Shown: positions 53,691 to 64,000 of the stretch, piece by piece
How the letters are laid out: each line of letters starts with the position of its first letter
Position numbering within the stretch: position 1 is the first letter of the stretch
Assembly (NCBI GenBank): GCA_002269645.1
Contig: NIVC01000359.1
Location: 372,001 to 436,000 of the forward strand
Source of the DNA: Macrostomum lignano
Taxonomy: Eukaryota
Length of the DNA: 64,000 bases
Direction of reading: 5' to 3'
Translations under genes and position numbers: made by a program
The notes under the pieces: model-generated
The model's input: only the letters and a program-made list of their open reading frames with translations
The model's database searches: none
Told to the model about the DNA's origin: nothing

Positions 53691-55634
53691 ACATAAACAG
53701 TATGTCATTTACCCATACTACTAAGTTGGCGTGCACCACGCATGAAAATAAGCGAAGGCAAAGGCCAGTATTTTAAGGATAAATAGACAGTCAACTCTAA
53801 TTTATTTAGTTATTATGATTACTAATGTAGTCCTTCGGCGAGGCAAAATAAGAATTATTCGGTACTAAACTATACAAATTAATTAGCGGGTTAGGAAAAG
53901 GAAATCATTAATTGATTAATTGATTATTGCTAAACTATGCTGCTGTCTATAGGTAGAGCGGCTACTACGTTAAAAAAAGTTAAACTAAATTATAAATTAT
54001 AACAAATTCTAACGGGCGCGAAAAAGATGATTGGATGAACTATCATAAAAAAATGTTTTCAAAAAATCACACACTCTGTTTAATAGATTATAATCATAAT
54101 AGGGGGAAAGCGATTCATAAATAGATATTCTACATATATTATAAGCTACAACATGAGCAGTGTGAGCACACTAGAGTTTTTCTACCAATTTAAATTATCT
54201 GTTCAACCCAACAAGCCGCTACTCAGAATTTGTTATTCGTAAGACATGCCAGCGGAGAGCCGATTCTTGCATAGAAAGAAAAGAAAAAACACACAATATT
54301 ACTTAGGAAAACACAACTTATACGAGTAGATTATATATACTACTAAAGACCACAAGCCAATGAGTAGTGTATAAGAAAGTGCGATTTTTTTGTTTAAAAA
54401 TGGCTAATTGTTTTTATAATGAAAAAATGTTAAATTGAACAATTTTTTTGTTTTAATCGATGGATGTAAAATGAGGATAATGTTTTTTTCGATAACAGAA
54501 GAGACAAAAAATGATTTTGATTTATTATAAAAACAGTATTTAAATTTCACTGGTCAAATGTTCATCCGCTCGCTAGCGACAGTTTCTGCTTTAGAAACCT
54601 CAGTTTAGCGGGCACCGGGCAGTGTGGTCTGTTGAAATTTGTAGCTTATAATTGTTCTAATGATTGAATTAAATAGATCAAGATTAGTTAAGCCTCGTGC
54701 GTACATTTATGAGAACAGTAGATGAGTTACCAAGAAGAAGTTATTGAAAAAATGACTTTACTTGGCAATGTCTTTCAAAAGTGTCCTCAATAATCTTATT
54801 AACACCTGTAATTTTGTCTAGAGAGAATTCCAACCTGTGCTCACAACTGAAGTTGTTAAAAAAACGAACAAAAAACACACAACAGAAGAAAATTTGCAAA
54901 TCCTACAGATATTTACTAATTAGTAAGGTGAATAAATAATCACCATTATATGATACGCACTCTAGCTATAATCTACGAGTATGAAATCTAAGCAAAACAA
55001 CTACAACTAAAATGTGCCAATCAAAAGGTTGACAGGCAAGCAGGAAATAAAAAAGCAACACTATGGATGAAATATGAAAGATAGAAACTATTGTATGAGC
55101 GTAGTTATACGCGATAAACAAATGGGGGAAGCAAGGCTCAAGTTAGGATGCCGTATAGACATGACCAATTACATTTTTGTAAAAATTCATAACCTAAAAA
55201 GCTATTTTTCGAAAATTTTATTGAACTAAACTACAAGTATATATTCATTAGTACTAGGAGAGGTGGTAAGACACGTGGTGCTCCTATAGATTTCAGACTG
55301 GGAGTTGATAGGTTAGCAAGTTTTAGAATTAGAGAAAAAAACCACAGATCCTAAAACACTCGATTGGTCCCGATTTATGCTACTTTCTTTAGTCTATAGC
55401 AGCATATAGAGTGCAAATAGCTGTCGGATTTTGCGACGAGACCTCAGACTTGTCACAGTTAGAGCAGGAAGCTCGTTGGACCAACGCTGGTTTTAGTATC
55501 TGTGATGAAAAAAACACTAATTGAAATTACTTTTATAGGGCCAAGTAGAGGCGCTAAAGTTCAAAACTGAAAAAGTGTTCTATTCTACCGCAAAGCGTCA
55601 ATTTCTAGCCGACAAAAAAGAGCTTGTCGTCCTT

Positions 55635-58600
55635 TTACTTCGCCCCTTTCTTGTTGCCAGCGGCGGCAACAGCGGCTGCGGCAGCTTCGTCGCTAAGCGG
55701 CTTCTCGTGCGGGGCCGGCAGCTTAATGCCGTGCGGATCAACGCCCCAGATGTCCTTGGCGTACTCCATGATGGTGCGATCAGACGAGAACTTGCCAGAC
55801 GCGGCAATATTGAGCAGGCTCATTTTCGCCCACTTGTTCGTGTCCTGTCGGTGATTGGTGTTTTTGGTTGGGAACTAAATCGTGTATGATTTACAGTACA
55901 TACTACTTCTCTTGTAAACAAGAAGTAATGTATAGCGAAAGTGGAATTTGCACAATTGATGCAACATAGACGTTAAAAGATATCAAAAACAGCCCATTTA
56001 ATTTCTATTTACTGGCACTGGAATCTGGTTCCGTTGTGCCTGTCCATATGCTAGATAAACAAGATCACAACTGTATCAAGACACAAAAATACAAACACAC
56101 ATAAACAGTATTATCACTATATCAGCAGTAGAAAAGACAATTGTGTACTTTAAAAAGTAGCGTGGAGCCATGCAAACGTTAAATGTCGTGAAAGGCTGTT
56201 CGTTGGCTTGCAGGTACAGATAGAGAGAGAGAGGAGAGAGATAGAGGGGAGGAGGAGCGAGAAAATAGAGCGCTGGCTGTATGTACTGTTTAAGCTACAG
56301 TCGAGGTAAACTGCATTAGCCTAGACAAGCAATGAATTCAGTCTGCGATGCCACCCGTAGGCTTGGCAGAATAGAATAAGAAGAATATAAGAGAGAGAAT
56401 TTGCAATGTTTTGGAATTATGAGAGCAAAAAATAAGCATTGCATACAGCACTATAAACTGCTGATGGCTGACATGTTAGGGTACCTGGCTGGATAAGATG
56501 AGACTAAAACACATGCGTCGTACAGTGCGCACTAGTAATGAATGAACCGCAACTTGTGTGAATTTGTCATTTGTAGGCTTTTTATTAGCAACATTAACCA
56601 ACTCTAGCCATAACTATTTACTCTCTCCTCGCCGGTCTAAGCTGGGGCATTGCCGACCCCCAGTTGAGACGAGAAGAACCACTGGCTTAGTGTGAATTGC
56701 GTCACTTGGGGCTGAGATCTGAGCAAATTTGACCACTGGTTTCGAGGTGGAAACTTTAACAGGTTGCCGAGTGTACACAGTAACTATCTGTGTTTAAAAG
56801 CATAACAGGGTCTCCAGTTAGCCAATATATGGTTTTGGCAGTCAAACAGTTCAATAATCATGAAGGGATGTACTTAATGACCTTGAAGGGGTACTCAGCT
56901 ACTATGAAGGTGTACTCAATCATCATGAAGATGTACTTGTTTATCATGAAGGGTACTCAATGATCATGAAGAGGGAGTCAATGATCATGAAGGGTACTCA
57001 ATGATCATGAAGGGGCACTCAATGATCATGAAGGGACGAAACAGGATGCGTTAGAACTCACCATGTAGGCGGCGGACACCTCTTCCTGAGCCCGCATATA
57101 GTCCTCATAGTCGGCCAGGAGCATGAAGCGATCGTGGTTCACCAAATTGTTGTAAATTTCTTGAAACAAAGCAGGATTCTCCGGCGAGAAAGCGCCATCC
57201 CGGATCATGTCCAGGCAGCGGCGCAGCTCGCCATTCTTCTCGTAGTACTCACGCGGTTTATAGCCGCGCTGGCCTAGCTCCTTGACTTGATCAACTGACA
57301 TGCCGAATACGAACATATTCTCGCGGCCCATCTCTTCGCACATTTCAACATTGGCGCCGTCCATTGTGCCAATAGTCAGGGCTCCGTTTAGCATGAATTT
57401 CATGTTGCCGGTGCCAGAAGCCTCGGTGCCGGCCGTGCTAATCTGCTGGGACAGATCGGCTGCCGGGAAGATCTTCTCGGCCAGACTGACTCGATAGTTT
57501 TCTAGGTATACAACCCGAAGTCGCTTGCCAACAATGGGATCGTTGTTGACGACCCGGCCGACCGAATTGATGAGCTTGATGATCAGCTTGGCCATGTGGT
57601 AGCCTGGAGCGGCCTTGCCGCCGATCATGACAGTCCTGGGCGCGTGCTTGCCCTGCGGATTGTCTCTGATGCGATTGTACTGCGTGATCACGTACAGGCA
57701 GTTGAGCAGCTGGCGCTTGTACTCGTGAATGCGCTTCACCTGCGAATTAAGGGCGGCGGATGAGGCATCAAATGCTGCTGAGATTCTCAAGGGTTTCAAG
57801 GGAATTTCCAGGATCAACTATGGCTTCTACGGGAATTTCTATGATTGATTATGGCTTCATGGATATTTCTATGATCGATTATGGGGTTATGGCTTCATGG
57901 ATATTTCTATGATTGATTATGGCTTCTACGGGAATTTCTATGATTGATTATGGCTTCTATGGGAATTTCTATGATTGATTATGGCTTCTACGGGAATTTC
58001 TATGATTGATTATGGCTTCTACGGGAATTTCTATGATTGATTATGGCTTCTACGGGAATTTCTATGATTGATTATGGCTTCTATGGGAATTTCTATGATT
58101 GATTATGGCTTCATGGATATTTCTGGGATCGACTAGGGCTTTAGTGGAATTTCTGGGATCCACTAGGGCTTCAGGGAAATTGGTGAGATAAGCTAAAACT
58201 TCAGCGTTCTCAGGAGATTGGTTTCCAAGTTTCCAATTGTTTTGTCTATAAATAACAAGATTTATAGAACAGGGAACTTGAGCACATTGAGAACAAATGG
58301 CGGCTATAAGATTATAAGTAAAACAAACCTGTATGTCAAACATGCTCGAAGGGTCGACCTTGATCTTGAACTCGCGGTCAATATATTCGGCAAACTTGCG
58401 CTTATTCTGATCCTTAACCTTCATTAGTTCGCGCAAGAAATTCTGATCATTTTGCAGCGACTCCAGGCCGCGCAGTTTGAACAGATCGGTGACCCAGTCG
58501 AATCCAATCTTCTCAGTGATAAGCTCAGATAGGTTGGGGTTGCACAGCAGTAGCCAACGCCTAGGCGTGATTCCGTTAGTCTTGTTCTGAAACTTCTCTG

Positions 58601-61251
58601 GCCACATGGCGTAGAAATCGCGGAACACGTCAGATTTGATGAGCTCAGAGTGGATCCGGGCAACGCCATTCACAGCGTGGCTGCCAACCACGCACAGGTA
58701 GGCCATGTTGATGCGCTTGTCGCCGTCCTCCTCAACTAGGCTCATCCGGCGAACGCGGTCCATGTCGCCGGGGAATTTTTCCAGCACAAGATGGATGAAG
58801 CGCTGGTTGATATCGTAGATAATCTCCAGGTGACGGGGCAGGCAGTACTGCAGGGTGGCAACTGGCCAGCGCTCCAGAGCCTCGGGCAGGATAGTGTGAT
58901 TAGTATAGGCGAAGGTCTTCACGCAGATGTCCCAGGCCTCCTCCCATTTCAGGCCTTCAATGTCAACAAGCACCCGCATGAGCTCGGGTATGGCCAGGCT
59001 GGGATGCGTGTCATTCAGCTGGATGGCCACCTTGTCCGGGAAGGCGGTAAAGTCCGTGCGCACGTGAGCGGTTGAGCCAAATTTCGAGGCCTTGAATCGG
59101 CGAATGATGTCCTGCAGGGTGGAGGCGACTAAGAAGTACTCCTGTTTGAGACGGAGCTCCTTGCCTTCGAAGAAGTTATCGTTTGGATAGAGCACTCGGC
59201 TGATGTTCTCGGCTTCGTTGCGGTCGCACACGGCCGAGATGTACTCACCGGAGTTAAATGAGTGCAGATTGAAGCTCTGCGGAGCTTTGGCTGTCCACAG
59301 GCGCAGCGTGTTGCAGTTGTTATTGCCGTAGCTGGGAGGGGTGGAGGGCATTTATTATTAGCCAATCAGTTTTTATCACCAAGGATTTCTAAAGTATTCA
59401 GATTTTACTTAGGGAGTCAATGGGTTTTTTGTTAGTCAATGTACTGAGGGAATTTATCAGATATAGTCAAGGAACCAAGGGGAATTTATCAGATATAGTC
59501 AAGGAACCAAGGGGAATTTATCAGATATAGTCAAGGAACCAAGGGGAATTGATCAGATATAGTCAAGGAACCAAGGGGAATTGATCAGATATAGTCAAGG
59601 AACCAAGGGGAATTGATCAGATATAGTCAAGGAACCAAGGGGAATTAATCAGATATAGTCAAAAGGAACCGAGGGGAATTGATCAGATATTGTCAAGGAA
59701 CCAAGGGGAATTAATCAGATATAGTCAAAAGGAACCGAGGGGAATTGATCAGATATAGTCAAGGAACCAAGGGGAATTGATCAGATATAGTCAAGGAACC
59801 AAGGGGAATTGATCAGATATAGTCAAAAGGAACCAAGGGGAATTGATCAGATATAGTCAAAAGGAACCAAGGGGAATTGATCAGATATAGTCAAAAGGAA
59901 CCGAGGGGAATTGATCAGATATAGTCAAGGAACCAAGGGGAATTGATCAGATATAGTCAAGGAACCAAGGGGAATTGATCAGATATAGTCAAGGAACCAA
60001 GGGGAATTAATCAGATATAGTCAAAAGGAACCGAGGGGAATTGATCAGATATAGTCAAGGAACCAAGGGGAATTGATCAGATATAGTCAAAAGGAACCGA
60101 GGGGAATTGATCAGATATAGTCAAGGAACCAAGGGGAATTGATCAGATATAGTCAAGGAACCAAGGGGAATTGATCAGATATAGTCAAAAGGAACCAAGG
60201 GGAATTGATCAGATATAGTCAAAAGGAACCAAGGGGAATTGATCAGATATAGTCAAAAGGAACCGAGGGGAATTGATCAGATATAGTCAAGGAACCAAGG
60301 GGAATTGATCAGATATAGTCAAGGAACCAAGGGGAATTGATCAGATATAGTCAAGGAACCAAGGGGAATTGATCAGATATAGTCAAAAGGAACCAAGGGG
60401 AATTGATCAGATATAGTCAAGGAACCAAGGGGAATTGATCAGATATAGTCAAGGAACCAAGGGGAATTGATCAGATATAGTCAAGGAACCAAGGGGAATT
60501 GATCAGATATAGTCAAGGAACCAAGGGGAATTGATCAGATATAGTCAAGGAACCGAGGGGAATTGATCAGATATAGTCAAGGAACCAAGGGGAATTGATC
60601 AGATATAGTCAAGGAACCGAGGGGAATCGATCAGATATAGTCAAGGAACCAAGGGGAATTGATCAGATATAGTCAAGGAACCAAGGGGAATTGATCAGAT
60701 ATAGTCAAGGAACTGGGGGGGAATTTATGCGTGTTTTAACGCATCAATCTGCACCAGAATGAGTAAATAAAACAAGCAGGGTTCCAAACTCACCCAGGCA
60801 CAGGCGTATCGTAGGGCATAGCAAAGATGACCTGGGTGTCCACCCACTTCTTGGCACCGTTGCGCGCAGTCTCCACTCGGCCATAGAAATTCACAGGCAG
60901 CAGGTACTCAGGCCGGGCCTTCTCCCACGGATTTCCGAATCTCAGCCAGTCGTCTGGCTCTTCGACTTGCCAACCGTCGGCAATCTTCTGCTGGAAGATG
61001 CCATAGTCGTAGCGAATGCCATAGCCATAGGCGGCCAGGCCCAAGGTGGCCATGGAGTCCAGGAAGCAGGCGGCCAGCCGGCCGAGACCGCCATTGCCCA
61101 GCCCGGCGTCCTCTTCAATCTCTTCGAGTTCCTCGAGCTCGAGGCCCAGTTGATAGAGCGACTCGTCAATGGCCTGGGTCAGGCCCAGATTAGTCATGGT
61201 GTTGGTCAGGGTGCGGCCCATGTAGAACTCCATGGACAGGTAGTAGATGCG
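55635..61251 (-). CDS. PYG: Glycogen phosphorylase (GT35), 5'-partial; first coding exon lies beyond the window
   Basis: complement(join(55635..55844,57062..57739,58329..59331,60794..61251)), 782 aa in window. Motifs [70 protein letters not shown] (PLP lysine) and [10 protein letters not shown]. Splice sites and phases are consistent. Confidence 0.98.
56855..57035. repeat. ~20-bp intronic minisatellite
   Basis: Unit ATCATGAAGGGTACTCAATG. Confidence 0.85.
57812..58165. repeat. 31-bp intronic minisatellite
   Basis: Unit ATGATTGATTATGGCTTCTACGGGAATTTCT. Confidence 0.93.
59448..60715. repeat. 32/34-bp intronic minisatellite, ~39 copies
   Basis: Unit GGGGAATTGATCAGATATAGTCAAGGAACCAA, with a +AA variant. 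Confidence 0.97.
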
Positions 61252-63490
61252 CTGATTAAGGGGGAAGGAAGAGTTTTTAGCTGTTACATTTTTTTAGAAT
61301 TAATTACCTTTTTAATAAAGTCACCATTTATATAGACTTTCCCTAGGGTAGAGCTTTAATCTGCTAGCCAATCTAGGCACTAGCTAGTATGAATTGTGGT
61401 AGACCAAGATTAAATGACAAAGTTAATAACTTTTTGGACCCAATTTTTGATATGACTATACAGATATGACATAATAGCTTCCTACTCTAGTGTTGTAAGT
61501 AGGCACTTCAGTGAGAAAATTAAATTTCAGAAATTGTTATAGGCTGCTATTTCACTAGATAGATCTTACTTTCCCATTTCCAAAATGGCCAAACTTTAGT
61601 GATTTGGTTGAGTAATAAGGAAACTACAGCTATTTTAGTAACCCCGATTTGTGCCTTTAGCCAATGGAATTTTTACATTACGGTTTGTGATCATTTTTGG
61701 CCAAAAAGTTGGCTTTTTGTCTTTGAACACTTGTAATTAATTTTCTAGCCAACCAAAATGACTGTGCTTGGTGTCATTTTGTTCAGTTTTTTAGTGTTAA
61801 TTGTATGAATTATATATTTTAATATTATTTTATATGCCCAAGTTGCTAAGCTAATTGAAACAGGATGGGTGTATGAAATTTTGACTATTTTAACCAGATA
61901 CGCAATGATTGCAATTTTAAAAATACAATAGCATCTGTTCTGCTTGCTTAATTTATACAAGGCTAGTGTCATTTTGTTCAGGTTTTTACCTACTATAATA
62001 CTATTCTACTTCTTGCCCTAAATTTTTAATGCATGACAGACACCCCAACTGCAATGTAATGTGCTGTACAGGCTTTGCGCATGGGTTTATTAAAAAACGG
62101 TTTTGCCTATCGTGTTCAGCATAGCAGAATTAGTTAAATGACACAGAGAACTAGTTTGCCGGAAGGCAGAGTCTCACAAAAAACACGAAATACACGTTTC
62201 AATGGGTATTTTACATGTAAACGTATCAAAAAAAGAAACCTCCACAAAATTTTTGCGCCTATAGCTATTGGCAAGCGGTTTTTTTTACTGTGCTTGTATT
62301 GTCAATAGGTAATGAAAAATATAAAGAGAAACAATGCAGGAAAAGGATTTCATGGAAAATTTTGGATTTGAAATTTTGCATAGAGCCATATGGGCATTAA
62401 AAGAAAAAAAAATTTTTTTTAACACCAGAAAAATGTTTCTAAATTATCCCTTTACACTATAAAACCTTTGTTTCCATTATAAGAAACACATTGCAGCTAA
62501 GAAAAAGCATTTTCTGAACCACTGTTTTTTTATTCATTTTGGCTTCAATTTTATATTCCTCCTAAAAAATGGTCAACTTTAAAAATAGACAGTGCAAAAA
62601 GTATAACAAAGCTAGACTTGCAGTTGGTGTCATTTGAAAGAGCTCCTTTTTACCTTTTAAATGCATATTTTACTTTCATCCTGGCTTCTATAGTTTCTTT
62701 AAAATCGCCCTTGAAAAATTGGACTTTTTTCTTACTTTTTTGCCATTGGCACGCACTTCTTATAACTCACTGAAGTCCCTATTGTAAGTGCTTAATTGTC
62801 TATTCAATTTATCATTGTCTTCTAAAAATAAATGGGAACTAATATAGAACTTACTAGAAAAAAAGTAAGTAAAAAAGCAAACTAAGAAAAAAATATATAG
62901 AAAAAACTAATGCTCAGGACTTCTAGTGAGGGTTTCATGACTTTATTATGTGAATGGAAGGCAACTTTGAGGAAAAGTAGGTTTTTTGCAAATGCATAAC
63001 TTTGCAATATAGTTATACAGATAGAATAGCAAATACAAACTAGAAAAAGAAAAGAATATTTTGTCAAATAAAAAACCTTTCAAAACATTTATCTAGCTTT
63101 CACTGGGATAATAACAAACTAGGTTATCTTTTTTATAGGAATTGGCCTTTAAAAAACAGTGATACTTTCAAAAAGTGCTTTTATATTTTAAAACTTTAAA
63201 AAATTGGTGAGTTCTAGTATAAAAGTCAATATAAAATACAAAGTCAGTATAATAAATGATTTTTTTAAATCTTCAAATAATCTTTTGCTTTTTAGATACA
63301 CTTGACATTTTTGATAAATTATATTGACTGTATTTTTTTCAACAGGCTAGCTTTGATGTCCCAAATTGAGAAACAACTTTTAACATGCTAAATCATGTCT
63401 ATTATAAGAAAAAGGGAAATTAAAAGCAAAAGTTATAGTTAAAAGTGGCAACCTTTTTTGAGGTATAGTTTGTTATATTCATACATGCAC

Positions 63491-63638
63491 AACCTTTGGA
63501 ATCACCCAGCCATTTCTATTGGCAACACATACATGTAAGTTGCTATTGGCCAAGAGCAGTCATGTGACTATTATTCTGTCTAATAGCAACTTACATGTAT
63601 GTGTTACCAATAGAAATGGCTGAGTGAATCCCTAGGTT
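63491..63638. other. ~50-bp-arm inverted repeat (hairpin) in the AT-rich upstream intron of glycogen phosphorylase
   Basis: 63498-63547 GGAATCACCCAGCCATTTCTATTGGCAACACATACATGTAAGTTGCTATT is the reverse complement of 63582-63631 with 3 mismatches. Confidence 0.9.
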
Positions 63639-64000
63639 GCGCTTAAGCATAGTTATATTTCAAAAATATATGCCAAAAATAATAGTAAAGCCTTAGGATA
63701 GACCTATATAGCCTGAGTATGAACTAATTTAATGATAAATTTGGCAGTAGAAATTTTCCATAAAAATGGCAAAAGCATAGGGACTATCAACTTAAGCTCA
63801 TAAAGTGGAACCCAGGTAACCTAAATACACAAAAAAGTGATACATCATTTTGCTCATAGTTGCAGTGATACAACAAAGCTAGGTTTGACAAAAAGAAATG
63901 AAAATTAGACTTGGAATAGGTGAAACAAGCAAGGAGATATTTAGGGACTTTTTATGTCAACTTAAGCTAATAAAAGAGTCCCTAATTATCCCCTTGCTTG

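Overview
Eukaryotic (metazoan) genomic DNA. GC-rich, Ala-rich exons are separated by introns and spacers that each hold their own minisatellite; this resembles the flatworm Macrostomum lignano, but the species is my inference. By manual splicing I can support six protein-coding genes, all on the minus strand: (1) an M13/neprilysin-fold type II membrane protein that has lost its zinc ligands and has a 1-nt frameshift; (2) a 7-exon NPDC1/CAB-1 homologue largely missed by the ORF track; (3) a 3-exon glycosyltransferase joining two GT32-type (DxD) domains in one ~759-aa protein; (4) a two-Tudor-domain protein; (5) a ZNF280/POGZ-like C2H2 zinc-finger protein; (6) glycogen phosphorylase, whose first coding exon lies beyond the window. 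There is also a 5'-truncated, frameshifted DD37E Tc1/mariner transposase, about 35 tandem-repeat arrays and a long hairpin in the phosphorylase intron. Most long ORFs in the track are satellite artefacts. The 4.4-22 kb region has exon-like islands I could not assign. No rRNA, tRNA or CRISPR array is supported.
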